Source of the DNA: Mariprofundales bacterium
GTDB taxonomy: Bacteria; Pseudomonadota; Zetaproteobacteria; Mariprofundales; S012-25
Reading direction: 5' to 3'
Assembly (NCBI GenBank): GCA_015487905.1
Contig: WFOX01000084.1
Location: forward strand, 1 to 34,821
DNA: 34,821 nucleotides
Positions within the stretch are counted from its first letter, which is position 1, and every line of letters begins with the position of its first letter. The notes below the pieces were generated by a model. That model searched no databases. It was not told where the DNA came from and saw nothing but the letters and a program-made list of their open reading frames with translations. This document shows positions 8,358 through 17,769 of this stretch, piece by piece. Both the position numbers and the translations under genes were made by a program.

Positions 8358-10708
8358 CGGCGCTTTGCGCCCTTTCTTCACCTGCGCAGGCGGCGCTTGT
8401 GATCACGGCGGATCGCATGCAGCGCAAGCCGGGCGGCGTGCTCGTGGCCGAAGGCCATGTGCATGCCGTGCGCACAGCAAGCTTGCGCTTGCAAGGGCTT
8501 GCTTGGCGAAACACGGCTTCTCGCTGGCTTGTGCGCGCGCGCTTTCGTGAAACGATCAGCGGCCGCAGCCGCGCCTTTTTGTTTCGCTTGCGCACGACGG
8601 CGCAGGGCTTGCGCGCGGAGGCGGTGCGCCCGATTGCGCCTCGTTTTGCCGTGCGCGCGGCCAAGGAAGCCCCCCAAGCCTTGCGCGCATGGCTTGCAAG
8701 CTGGCAAAGGGCCTGGAACCGACGCGATGAAGCGGCGCTGGCAAGGCTTTATGCGCATCCCACACCTTCATTGCGCGCGCGTTGGCGAAAGGCTTGGCAA
8801 AACGCGCCGCGCGAGGATCTTTTTGCGGATCGGCTCATCTACGATCCCAAAGCGAGGCTTTTGCGCGCCCAGGGACATGTGCGACTGCGCACGCCGAAGG
8901 GCGAAGGATTAGCTGCGCGCATGCGCGTGTGGCTCACAAGCGAGCGCGCAAAGGCCGAGCAGGCCGAATGGCGCTTGCCCGACGGCCGCAGGCTTGCGGC
9001 TGCGCGCATCGTGCGCACGGGGTCCGACGAAATCCGCGCCGAGGAGCTTGTCTTTACGCGCTGCCCGCCTGAGGCGGAGTCCTGGCGCGTGCGCGCTGCA
9101 TCCGGCGTATTGGATCTCAAAGGAGGGTGGTTTACGGCCAAAGGCGCGCGGCTGGAGCTTGGCCCCGTGCCCGTGATCTGGACGCCGTATTGGCGCCAGG
9201 CCGTGCGCCGCCACTCAGGCGTGCTTGCGCCCGTGTTTGCAAGCGATCGCCAGCGCGGCACGGTCTTGGGGCTTCCGCTTTATTGGGCGCCGCGCGCGGA
9301 CTGGGATGCGACGCTCACCCCCACTTGGCTTTCGCGGCGCGGCCTGCTTGCGAATCTGGAGGTGCGCCATGCCGCGGCGTGGGGACGCGTGCGCCTGGAG
9401 GGCGAGGGCTTACGCGATCGCGTGCGCAAGCGCACGCGCAGCCGCTGGGCCGGCGAGCTTGCCGCGCACTTCGGCGAACACTTCGCGCTTGCCGCCCACG
9501 GCGAAGGCACTTCAGACCCCTTCTATCTTGCCGAGCTTGCGCCAGCGCGTGCGCAAACGCCGTATCTCGTGCGCGAAGCAGCGGCTGTTTACACCTTTGC
9601 CGATGGCTTTGCCCGCCTGCGCGCACAAAGCTTGCAAAACCTGGCGCGCCCGGATTTGCAGGCCGCCACACTTGCGCGCCTGCCTGAGCTTGCGCTTTCG
9701 TGGTCGCCTGCGCTGGGGCGGGATGCCTCGTTGGCGCTTGCGGCCACCATTACGCGCTTTGTGCGCCGCAAGGGCCTGCGCGGGCTGCGCAGCACGGGAT
9801 TGGCATCCTTGCGCTTGCAACACGAATGGCTGCCTGGGGGGCTCGCCGCAGGCGGCGAGTTGGGCGTGAGCACGATCGCTTGGCGGCTGCGCGATCTTGC
9901 ACCCGTGCGCGCCTCGGTTTCAGCTCCCTTTGCGCGGCTTTGGGGGCAAGCGGCTTGGGAGCGCTTGTATGGGGCGTTTCGCCACGAGGTGGGCCTAAAA
10001 CTGGAGCTGCATGCTGCGCGCGCGCCGGAGCAGACGCGCCTTCCTCTGCTGGATGGGTCGCTGCCGCCCTATGGCTGGGCCGCTTTGGGCATCACCAACC
10101 GCTTTGCGGGCGGCGATCGCATAGAGCGCGCGCGCAGGCTCAGCATCGTGCACACGCAAACATGGCAGCGGCGCACGGACGCAGGCGTGCAGGAGCTTGC
10201 AAGCCTTGCCCTGGGTGTGAGCTATCGCTGGCGCGAGCCGATCACCGACCGCGCCTTGCAGCCGCACGCACTTGCCACGGGTTGGGAGCCTTTGCTGGCG
10301 CGGCTTGTGCTTGCACCCCTCCCAGGGCTTTCGCTTACGGGCGAAGGCATGTGGGATCTGCGCGCGCGCCAGCGCGTGCGCAGCGAGGCCGCGCTTGCTT
10401 GGACGGGCCAAGCAGGCGGGCTTTCGCTGCGCTATTGGGAAACGAAGCCTGCCTTTGGCGCTGCGGCCCGCAGCTTACAAGCAAGTGCACATTGGCGCTG
10501 GACGCGCTGGCGCGTGCAGGCAAGCGGCGATTACGATGCCAAGCGGCGTCGGTGGCTGCGCGCAACCGGCGAGCTCACCTATGTGCATCCGTGCTGGGAG
10601 CTTTCGTTGTTCGCGTTTTCCGAGCGCGGGCTTGGCGCAGCACCCGGCAACCGCGGCGTGCGCTTGTTGCTTACGCTGGCAGGCCTGGGCAGCCTCGGCG
10701 CGCGCTAG
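8309..10708 (+). CDS. lptD: LPS-assembly outer membrane protein LptD
   Basis: Signal peptide MRRSFRQLLRLRAGLLAALCALSSPAQA from TTG 8309. OstA-like ITADRMQ...GHVH and LFADRLIYDP...AQGHVRL segments. GPVPVIWTPYWRQ...RHSGVLAP and LYWAPRADWDATLTPTWLSRRG match the LptD barrel start. The gene is followed by surA and pdxA. Confidence 0.85.
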   Translation: MRRSFRQLLRLRAGLLAALCALSSPAQAALVITADRMQRKPGGVLVAEGHVHAVRTASLRLQGLAWRNTASRWLVRARFRETISGRSRAFLFRLRTTAQGLRAEAVRPIAPRFAVRAAKEAPQALRAWLASWQRAWNRRDEAALARLYAHPTPSLRARWRKAWQNAPREDLFADRLIYDPKARLLRAQGHVRLRTPKGEGLAARMRVWLTSERAKAEQAEWRLPDGRRLAAARIVRTGSDEIRAEELVFTRCPPEAESWRVRAASGVLDLKGGWFTAKGARLELGPVPVIWTPYWRQAVRRHSGVLAPVFASDRQRGTVLGLPLYWAPRADWDATLTPTWLSRRGLLANLEVRHAAAWGRVRLEGEGLRDRVRKRTRSRWAGELAAHFGEHFALAAHGEGTSDPFYLAELAPARAQTPYLVREAAAVYTFADGFARLRAQSLQNLARPDLQAATLARLPELALSWSPALGRDASLALAATITRFVRRKGLRGLRSTGLASLRLQHEWLPGGLAAGGELGVSTIAWRLRDLAPVRASVSAPFARLWGQAAWERLYGAFRHEVGLKLELHAARAPEQTRLPLLDGSLPPYGWAALGITNRFAGGDRIERARRLSIVHTQTWQRRTDAGVQELASLALGVSYRWREPITDRALQPHALATGWEPLLARLVLAPLPGLSLTGEGMWDLRARQRVRSEAALAWTGQAGGLSLRYWETKPAFGAAARSLQASAHWRWTRWRVQASGDYDAKRRRWLRATGELTYVHPCWELSLFAFSERGLGAAPGNRGVRLLLTLAGLGSLGAR

Positions 10709-10733
10709 CCTGATCCGCAAAGGAGCTTTGCCC

Positions 10734-12041
10734 GTGCGCAGGCATCTCTTCGCACTCATCGCTGCGGCTTCACCCTCGCTTGCCGCCGCAGCGCCGGTGC
10801 TCGTGGACAAAATCGGCGCGGTCGTCAACGGCCATCCGATTGTGTGCAGCGAAGTGCTCGCAGAAGCCCAAACGCTTGCGCGCGAGCTCGGCCAGGCCGT
10901 GGATGAGGATCTGCTTGCGCGCGTGCTGGACGCGAAGATTGTGGAGGATCTGGAGCTGGAGGAGGCGAAGCGCCTGCACTTGGAGGTCTCCGAAGAGGAG
11001 CTGGAACGGGCGCTTGCGAACATTGAAGAGCGCAACGGTCTTGCCCCGGGCACCTTGCCGGAAGTGCTCAAAGCGCAAGGGATTTCGTTTGCGCGCTATC
11101 GTGAGCGGCTCAAAAAGCGCCTTTTGATCGCCAAGCTCATCAATGCGGCCGTGCGCGCGCAGGTGAAGGTGCCTGAGGAGGTCTTGCGCGAGGCCTATCA
11201 AAAGCGCTGGGCGCGTGGGCGCACATTGCACGAGGTGCGCCTGCGGCAGATCTTCCTTCCCTTGCCGCCCAACCCCTCGCCGCAGGCCGTGCAGGCCGCG
11301 CGCCGCAAGTTGGAGGCGCTGCGCGCGCGCGCCTTGCAAGGCGAAGACTTCGCAAAGCTTGCGCGCCTGTATTCGCAATCGCCCGATCGCGATCAGGGCG
11401 GCGATCTCGGTTGGATCGCCGCGGAGGCCGCACCACCCTTGCTGCGCAAGGTGGCGCAGCTTGCGGATGGCGCGATCTCTGAGCCGGTGCGCTCGCCCGC
11501 GGGGTTTCATCTTTTCCAAGTCGTCGCGCATCGCACGCGCACGATCGCACGCGCAGGCAAGGCCTATGAGGAGGTGCATCTGCGCCAGATCCTCTTGCGC
11601 GTGCCGCGCGATGCGTCGGCTGCGCTGCGCGCGCGCGTGCGCGCCCAGGCCGAGCGCCTTGCGCGCGAGCTTGCGCATGCCGATGACGAGGCCTTTGCGC
11701 GCCGTGCAAAGGAGATCTCGCAAGGGCCGAATGCGGACAAGGGCGGCGATCTCGGTTGGCTGCGCACCGACCAGATGTTGCCAGCTTTGGCCAGAGCAGT
11801 GGCCAAGCTTGCGCCGGGGCAGACCAGCGGCGTGGTCGCAAGCCCCTTTGGGCTGCACATCCTGCGGCTTGTTGCGCGCAGGCGCGTGGATCCGAACAGC
11901 TTTGAGGCCATGCGGGGGCAGATTGAGCAGGCCTTTGTGAATGCAGCCGTTCAGGAGCGCTTGCCCGCCTGGATTGCGGATTTGAAGGCGCGCGCGCGCA
12001 TTGAAAAGAAGGGCTGCCGCGGCGTGCAATGGCCGTTTTAG
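10734..12041 (+). CDS. surA: Periplasmic chaperone / peptidyl-prolyl isomerase SurA
   Basis: GTG 10734 is preceded by AAAGGAG. Signal peptide RRHLFALIAAASPSLAAA. Two parvulin domains are present: GGDLGWIA...PAGFHLFQV and GGDLGWLR...SPFGLHILRL. Confidence 0.9.
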   Translation: MRRHLFALIAAASPSLAAAAPVLVDKIGAVVNGHPIVCSEVLAEAQTLARELGQAVDEDLLARVLDAKIVEDLELEEAKRLHLEVSEEELERALANIEERNGLAPGTLPEVLKAQGISFARYRERLKKRLLIAKLINAAVRAQVKVPEEVLREAYQKRWARGRTLHEVRLRQIFLPLPPNPSPQAVQAARRKLEALRARALQGEDFAKLARLYSQSPDRDQGGDLGWIAAEAAPPLLRKVAQLADGAISEPVRSPAGFHLFQVVAHRTRTIARAGKAYEEVHLRQILLRVPRDASAALRARVRAQAERLARELAHADDEAFARRAKEISQGPNADKGGDLGWLRTDQMLPALARAVAKLAPGQTSGVVASPFGLHILRLVARRRVDPNSFEAMRGQIEQAFVNAAVQERLPAWIADLKARARIEKKGCRGVQWPF

Positions 12042-13042
12042 GGCCGCCCAAGGTTGCGCTCACGCTTGGCGAGCCTGCGGGCATCGGCCCGGATGTCGTG
12101 CTCAAGCTGTTTTCTGAGGATCCTGCGGCCTTTTCCGATGTGCTCATGATTGCGCCGCCCAGTTGGTTGCTCATGCGCGCCAAGGCGCTGGGCGTGTCGC
12201 TGGGCGATCGCCTCGTGCGCCACGCGACATTTCCTGCGGCGCTGGAGCCGGGGCGGCTGCACCTTTGGTGGCCCGAAGAGGACCCCGGCGCGCCTTCGCC
12301 CGGGCAGATGGAGGCGCGGCTTGCGCAGGTGGTCGTGGCCGCATTGGAGCATGCGCTTGCGCTTGCCCAGGCGCACAAACTTGCGCTCACCACAGGGCCG
12401 ATTCACAAGGCGCATTTGCTGCGCCATGCGGATTTTGCATTTGCCGGGCATACCGAGTGGCTCGGTGCGCGCACAGGCGGCGAGCCGATGATGTTGCTTG
12501 GTTCTTCTTTGCTGCGCGTGGCCTTATTGACCACGCACATCCCGCTTCGCGAGGTGCCGCGCCGCATCTCGCGCGCAAGCGTAAAGAAGATGCTTTTGCA
12601 ATTGCACGCGGAGCTTTCCCGCTTCGGGCTTGCGCAGCCGCGCATTGCGCTTGTGGCGCTCAATCCGCATGCAGGCGAAGAGGGGGCGCTCGGCGAGGAG
12701 GAGCAGGCGATTCTCGTGCCGGCGGCTGAAGACGCGCGGCGCGCGGGCGTGTGCGTAGAAGGCCCGCTTGCGGCGGATACGGCCTTTGCGCCGCATCTGC
12801 GCAAGCGCTTTGATGTGCATCTTTGCTGCTATCACGATCAGGGGCTTGCGCCGCTGAAAGCCCTTGCCTTCGGCGAGGCCGTGAACATCACATTGGGATT
12901 GCCGATCGTGCGCACAAGCCCCGATCACGGCACGGCGCTTGCGCTTGCCGGCACAGGCCGCGCCCAGACGGGCGGCATGGCCGCGGCACTTGCAGCGGCC
13001 CGGCGGCTTCTTGCAGGATGTTGGCCATGGCCGAGCAAGTGA
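12029..13042 (+). CDS. pdxA: 4-hydroxythreonine-4-phosphate dehydrogenase
   Basis: Motifs LTLGEPAGIGPD, FAGHTEWLG, LNPHAGEEG, YHDQGLAPLK and SPDHGTA. Confidence 0.9.
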   Translation: MAVLGPPKVALTLGEPAGIGPDVVLKLFSEDPAAFSDVLMIAPPSWLLMRAKALGVSLGDRLVRHATFPAALEPGRLHLWWPEEDPGAPSPGQMEARLAQVVVAALEHALALAQAHKLALTTGPIHKAHLLRHADFAFAGHTEWLGARTGGEPMMLLGSSLLRVALLTTHIPLREVPRRISRASVKKMLLQLHAELSRFGLAQPRIALVALNPHAGEEGALGEEEQAILVPAAEDARRAGVCVEGPLAADTAFAPHLRKRFDVHLCCYHDQGLAPLKALAFGEAVNITLGLPIVRTSPDHGTALALAGTGRAQTGGMAAALAAARRLLAGCWPWPSK

Positions 13043-13599
13043 TGAGCTTGCGCGGGCGGCTTCTGGTTGCCTCGCCCGGCATGCAGGATCCGAACTTCCG
13101 CGAAACCGTGATCGTGATGGCCCATCACGACCGCGAAGGCGCGATGGGGCTTGTGGTCAATCGCCCGCACCCCACGCTCACCGTGGCGAGGTTGCTGGCT
13201 GATCTTGATCTTGCGGTGCAGGAGGAGGCGCGCACGGCTTTGGAGGTGCCGGTCTTTTATGGCGGGCCTGTGGAGCCTGCGCGCGGCTTCGTGCTGCATG
13301 AGTCCTCGCAAAGCTTCGCCGCCACGATGCCGATTACGGAAGAGCTTGCGATCACGGCCTCGCGCGATGCGCTGGAGGCCATGGCCAAGCATCCCCTGCC
13401 GCGCTTTCTCGTCGCTGTGGGCTATGCGGGTTGGGCGCCGATGCAGTTGGAAAACGAGCTCAAAGAGGACGCCTGGATCATCGCACCTTTGGATCTCGGG
13501 CTTGTGTTTGAACTTCCGCCTGCCAAACGCTGGCATGCGGCGCTCGCAAGCGTGGGCGTGGATCCCGCAGGCTGGATGCGCGAAGGGGGACATGCGTGA
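13027..13599 (+). CDS. algH: YqgE/AlgH family (UPF0301) protein
   Basis: Motifs LLVASPGMQDPNFRETVIVMAHHDREGAMGLVVNRP and GYAGWAPMQLENEL. The start is ATG 13027, or ATG 13042, which overlaps the pdxA TGA. Confidence 0.85.
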   Translation: MAEQVMSLRGRLLVASPGMQDPNFRETVIVMAHHDREGAMGLVVNRPHPTLTVARLLADLDLAVQEEARTALEVPVFYGGPVEPARGFVLHESSQSFAATMPITEELAITASRDALEAMAKHPLPRFLVAVGYAGWAPMQLENELKEDAWIIAPLDLGLVFELPPAKRWHAALASVGVDPAGWMREGGHA

Positions 13600-14147
13600 A
13601 GGCGCTTGTGAGCTACCACTCCGAATACGGCCATGCTGAGGAAATCGCGCGCCAGATCACGGCAGGCCTGCGCGGCGCAGGCGTGCAGGCCGAGCTTGTG
13701 CGCACGGATGCGCTTCAGGTGCAAAGGCTCGTGCAGGTGGATCTTTGGGTCGTGGGCGGGCCTGTGCACATGGGGGGCGTGGCCTGGCCCGTGCGCAAGA
13801 TCTTGGATGCCACCTCCGAGCTTTGGCTGCGCGATGCGATGGAGGGCAAGCTCGGCGCGGCTTTCGTGACCTTCGGGGGACTCGGGGGTGCGGGCGGCGG
13901 CGCGGAGCTTGCGCTTTTGTCCATTTGGGCCGTGTTTGCAGAGCTGGGGATGCTGCCCGTGCCGTTTGCGAAGTCCGTGCCTGAGTTCCGCGACGCGGGC
14001 TTGCATTGGGGGCTTGCCGTGCGCACGGGTGACGAGGCGGGTGCGCCGCAGCCCGTGCAGGAAGCGCAGCGCAAGGCTGCGCGTGCCTTCGGCGCATATC
14101 TCGCCGATGTGCTGGCGCGCGTGCGCCAAGGAGGAGGCGATGCGTAA
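13596..14147 (+). CDS. Flavodoxin-like fold protein (WrbA / NAD(P)H-quinone oxidoreductase-like)
   Basis: MKALVSYHSEYGHAEEIARQI is a typical flavodoxin-like N-terminus. A Gly-rich FGGLGGAGGG segment is present. The GTG start overlaps the algH TGA (GTGA). Confidence 0.7.
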   Translation: MKALVSYHSEYGHAEEIARQITAGLRGAGVQAELVRTDALQVQRLVQVDLWVVGGPVHMGGVAWPVRKILDATSELWLRDAMEGKLGAAFVTFGGLGGAGGGAELALLSIWAVFAELGMLPVPFAKSVPEFRDAGLHWGLAVRTGDEAGAPQPVQEAQRKAARAFGAYLADVLARVRQGGGDA

Positions 14148-14331
14148 GCTGGCGACATTGGCCTTCGGCGGGCTTGGATTCCTCTTCGTGCTCGGCTACA
14201 GCATCCACATGCTCATCGGCGGCATCGTTTCGCCTACCACCGAAACCGTGGCCATCGTGATCGCCGAGGTGATCGGAATCATCGTGCTCGGCGTGATCTT
14301 TTGGGAGCTTTGGCGCAGCCGGACGGGCTAG
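14140..14331 (+). CDS. 63-aa two-TM membrane protein
   Basis: ATG 14140 is preceded by GGAGGAGG. The sequence is [28 protein letters not shown]...[22 protein letters not shown]. It overlaps the flavodoxin-like gene end by 8 nt. Confidence 0.5.
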   Translation: MRKLATLAFGGLGFLFVLGYSIHMLIGGIVSPTTETVAIVIAEVIGIIVLGVIFWELWRSRTG

Positions 14332-15749
14332 TCCAACTCCTCGCGCGTGGACAGCTTCAGCAGCGAAAGCTGCGGCGGCGTGCGCTCGCCGGGTGGAACG
14401 GGATATTCGCCGGAAAAGCAGGCGTCGCAATGCGCATCCCGCGCCCGCCCAAGCGCTTGATAAAGCCCCTCTAGGGAGAGAAACGCGAGGGAATCCACGC
14501 CAAGCGCGCGCGCCATCTCCGCAATGTCCATGCGATTGGCCAAAAGCTCCTCTTCCGTGGGCGTGTCAATGCCATAAAAGCAGGAATGGCGCGTGGGCGG
14601 GCTTGCGATGCGCAAATGCACCTCGCGCGCACCCGCCTGGCGCACCATCTCCACGATCTTGCGGCTTGTTGTGCCGCGCACGACAGAGTCGTCCACGAGC
14701 ACCACGCGCTTGCCCGCAAGCACCTCGCGCACGGGATTGAGCTTGAGCCGCACGCCGAAGTTGCGGATGGATTGCTTGGGTTCAATGAAGGTGCGGCCGA
14801 CATAGTGGTTGCGGATGAGCCCCATGCCGAACGGGATGCCGCTTGCCTGCGCATAGCCGATGGCGGCTGCGGTGCCGGAATCGGGTACGGGGCAAACGAG
14901 ATCGGCGCTCGCAGGCGCCTCTTGCGCAAGCACCTTGCCCATGCGGATGCGCGCGGCATAGACATTGATGCCTTCCAGGGTGGAATCCGGGCGCGCGAAA
15001 TAGACATACTCAAACACGCAAAAGCGGTTGCGCGCATCGGGCCAAAGCTTGCGGCTGGTGAGGCCTTCCTCGTGGATCGTGAGCATCTCGCCCGGTTCAA
15101 GATCGCGGACAAACCGCGCGCCGATGAGGTCAAAGGCGCAGGTTTCGCTTGCCACGATCCACGCATCATCCAGCTTGCCGAGCACGAGCGGCCGAATGCC
15201 GAAGCGGTCGCGCACGGCGATGAGCCGATCCCCCACGAGCACGAGCAATGAGAACGCGCCGCGCACGGCGTGCAAGGCATCGGCCAGGCGATCTTCGTGG
15301 GTCTCCGCCTGGCTTTTGGCGATCAGGTGCATGAGCACCTCGGTGTCCGAGGTGGTTTGAAAGATGGATCCCTCGCGCTCCAACTGCGCGCGGATCTTGC
15401 CGGCGTTCACGAGGTTGCCGTTGTGGCACAGCGCAAGTCCCCCGTGGCGATACTCAAACGAAAACGGCTGCGCATTGCGCAGGCTGGAATCGCCGCTTGT
15501 GGAGTAGCGCACATGGCCGATTGCGTGCGGCCCGCGCAAGCCCTCCAAGTCGCGCTTGCGAAAGACGCTCGCCACGCGCCCCATGCCGCGATGGCTGGAA
15601 AACTTGCGCCCGTCGGTGGCCACAATGCCGGCCGATTCCTGCCCGCGATGCTGCAAGGCGTAAAGCCCGAGATAGACGAGGTTGGCGGCTTCGGGGTGGC
15701 CGAATACGCCCACCACCCCGCACTCATCCATAAACCGGTCGCGATTCAT
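14328..15749 (-). CDS. purF: Amidophosphoribosyltransferase
   Basis: Nucleophile motif CGVVGVFG after a short MNRDRFMDE leader, and the PRPP loop [18 protein letters not shown]. The ATG overlaps the cvpA TGA (ATGA). Confidence 0.95.
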   Translation of the reverse strand: MNRDRFMDECGVVGVFGHPEAANLVYLGLYALQHRGQESAGIVATDGRKFSSHRGMGRVASVFRKRDLEGLRGPHAIGHVRYSTSGDSSLRNAQPFSFEYRHGGLALCHNGNLVNAGKIRAQLEREGSIFQTTSDTEVLMHLIAKSQAETHEDRLADALHAVRGAFSLLVLVGDRLIAVRDRFGIRPLVLGKLDDAWIVASETCAFDLIGARFVRDLEPGEMLTIHEEGLTSRKLWPDARNRFCVFEYVYFARPDSTLEGINVYAARIRMGKVLAQEAPASADLVCPVPDSGTAAAIGYAQASGIPFGMGLIRNHYVGRTFIEPKQSIRNFGVRLKLNPVREVLAGKRVVLVDDSVVRGTTSRKIVEMVRQAGAREVHLRIASPPTRHSCFYGIDTPTEEELLANRMDIAEMARALGVDSLAFLSLEGLYQALGRARDAHCDACFSGEYPVPPGERTPPQLSLLKLSTREELD

Positions 15750-16300
15750 CGCTTCTCCGCTTTGCGAAGCATTTCCTCAAGCCGCGCCCGATCCGCAAGC
15801 GGGATCTCAGGCGCGGCCTGACGCGAAAACGGATACCCTTTCGGAATCCAATGACCGATCGCATCGCCGAGCCGCATCGCATAGGGCGCAAGCCGGCTTT
15901 GCTTGATCCAAGGTCCAGGCTCGGACACCAAGCTCGTATAGATCAAAAACGCAAGCCCCACGAGCAAAGCCCCGCGCACGGCGCCAAAGAGAAGCCCCAG
16001 CACGCGATCCGTGGCCGTAAGGGAGGCGGCATCCACGAGCTTGCCCGCAAGCCAACCCAAAAGCCCGAAGGCGAACATCACGAGCACGAACAGCAACGCG
16101 AAGCCGGCAAGCTCCGAAAGCGCCGGCAGCTTCACCCAAGGCAGCACCCATCCCGCCGCGATCGGGGAAAAGTGCCCGGCCACGAAGAAGGCGGCGACGA
16201 GGCCGATGAGCGAAATCGCCTCGCGCACGAAGCCGCGCACGAGCGAGATCGCCGCAGATAGCCCGATGATCGCCAGGATCAGATAATCCAGCCAATTCAC
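15746..16300 (-). CDS. cvpA: Colicin V production membrane protein CvpA
   Basis: A multi-TM protein starting [24 protein letters not shown], in the classic position upstream of purF. The GTG start overlaps the radA TGA. Confidence 0.9.
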   Translation of the reverse strand: MNWLDYLILAIIGLSAAISLVRGFVREAISLIGLVAAFFVAGHFSPIAAGWVLPWVKLPALSELAGFALLFVLVMFAFGLLGWLAGKLVDAASLTATDRVLGLLFGAVRGALLVGLAFLIYTSLVSEPGPWIKQSRLAPYAMRLGDAIGHWIPKGYPFSRQAAPEIPLADRARLEEMLRKAEKR

Positions 16301-17697
16301 CGAAGGCCGCTCCTTCCAAGGCCCACGAGTTCCAACGCCTCCTTGAGCGTGCGCGCGCCCAAAAGCTCAGGCGACTTGCCAAGTTTAGCCTTGGCGAGCG
16401 CTTCGCGCACGCGCGCAAGGCTTGCCGCCGGCAAAAGCACGCGCCGAAAGCCCAATCGCGCCGCCTCGTGCACGCGCGCTTGCGGCTGCGCCACGGGCCG
16501 CAGCTCGCCTGCAAGCCCCACCTCGCCGAAGACGGCCAAATCCCCGCCCAGCGGCGCATTGGAAAGCGAAGAGACCAGCGCAAGCGCCACAGCGAGATCC
16601 GCGGCCGGTTCCACGAGCCGAAGCCCGCCTGCGACATTGAGGTAGATGTCGTGTTGCGAAAAGGCAAGCCCCAGGCGCTGCTCCATGAGCGCAGCGAGCA
16701 TCATCAAGCGCGCCGCATCCGCCCCCACGGCCGTGCGCTTGGCCTGGGCGAATGCGGTGGGGGCGACAAGCGCCTGCACCTCCACCATGAGGGCGCGCGT
16801 GCCTTCCAATGCGGCAAGCGCCACCACGCCGGATGCATCCGCCGTGCGACCGGCCAAGAAAAAGCGTGAGACCTCATCCACGCCGCGCAGCCCCGCATCC
16901 CCCATCTCAAACACGCCCACTTCGCCTGCCGCCCCGAAGCGGTTTTTGACGGCGCGCAGGATGCGGTGCGCAAGCCCGCGATCGCCTTCAAAGAGCAAGA
17001 CGGTGTCCACGAGGTGTTCCAGCACCTTGGGGCCGGCGATTGCGCCCTCTTTCGTCACATGGCCCACAAGCGCAAGCGCAAAGCCGCGCTCCTTGGCAAG
17101 CCGCGCAAGCCGGTGCGCGCACTCGCGCACCTGCGCGACCGTCCCTGGGGCGCTGGTCAGCGCCTCGGTGAAGACCGTTTGAATGGAATCCACGACGACG
17201 AATGCATACGCATGCGCAGCAAGCGCGGCTTCTCCCGCCTCCAACTCGGCGGCATGCAGCACATGCACATCCTCGGCAAGCGCCTGCAGGCGCTCGGCGC
17301 GCATGCGCACCTGCGCTGGGGATTCCTCAGCCGTCCAATACAGGCACGCATGGCCTTGCCGCGCCAAGGCCGCGGCGGCCTGCAACAACAGCGTGGATTT
17401 GCCGATGCCGGGATCGCCGCCGACGAGCACGCTGGATGCGGGCACGAAACCGCCGCCGAGCACGCGATCCAGCTCGGCGATGCCGGTCGCAAGCCGCGCG
17501 CCTGCTGCGCGCGGGGCCTGAGGAAGCGGCATGGGATCGGCAAACGCGCCTTGCGCGCGCCGCGCGGGTTCTTTGCTTGCGACGACCTCTTCCACGAGCG
17601 CATTCCAAGCGCCGCAATCGGGGCAACGCCCGAGCCATTTGGGGTGTTGTGCGCCGCAAGAGGTGCAGGCAAACACGCGCTTGGGCTTGCTTACCAT
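16297..17697 (-). CDS. radA: DNA repair protein RadA/Sms
   Basis: Zn finger CTSCGAQHPKWLGRCPDCGAWN, Walker A GDPGIGKSTLLLQ, the KNRFG motif and a Lon-like C-terminal domain. Confidence 0.95.
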   Translation of the reverse strand: MVSKPKRVFACTSCGAQHPKWLGRCPDCGAWNALVEEVVASKEPARRAQGAFADPMPLPQAPRAAGARLATGIAELDRVLGGGFVPASSVLVGGDPGIGKSTLLLQAAAALARQGHACLYWTAEESPAQVRMRAERLQALAEDVHVLHAAELEAGEAALAAHAYAFVVVDSIQTVFTEALTSAPGTVAQVRECAHRLARLAKERGFALALVGHVTKEGAIAGPKVLEHLVDTVLLFEGDRGLAHRILRAVKNRFGAAGEVGVFEMGDAGLRGVDEVSRFFLAGRTADASGVVALAALEGTRALMVEVQALVAPTAFAQAKRTAVGADAARLMMLAALMEQRLGLAFSQHDIYLNVAGGLRLVEPAADLAVALALVSSLSNAPLGGDLAVFGEVGLAGELRPVAQPQARVHEAARLGFRRVLLPAASLARVREALAKAKLGKSPELLGARTLKEALELVGLGRSGLR

Positions 17698-17769
17698 GCG
17701 CCAAGCCTAGCGCCGCGCGCGCATTTTTCGTGCGCGAAAGCTGGAAGCGGATTTGCTACATTTGCGGCG

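Noticed and set aside
10770-12393. Two long minus-strand ORFs (419 aa and 417 aa) over surA and pdxA, and similar ones at 33073-34383, 26818-28438 and 24155-25532.
   Set aside because: All lie antisense to genes with strong family motifs and have Arg/Ala/Pro-rich junk composition. This is expected in GC-rich DNA, where stop codons are rare.
17718-17736. A small inverted repeat CGCGCA-N7-TGCGCG in the 72-nt radA/gspC divergent spacer, and a similar CAACCG-N5-CGGTTG at 2080-2096 in the Fe-S/pabC spacer, both considered as operator sites.
   Set aside because: Six-bp GC-rich stems are expected by chance in this composition, and no matching repeats occur elsewhere in the window.
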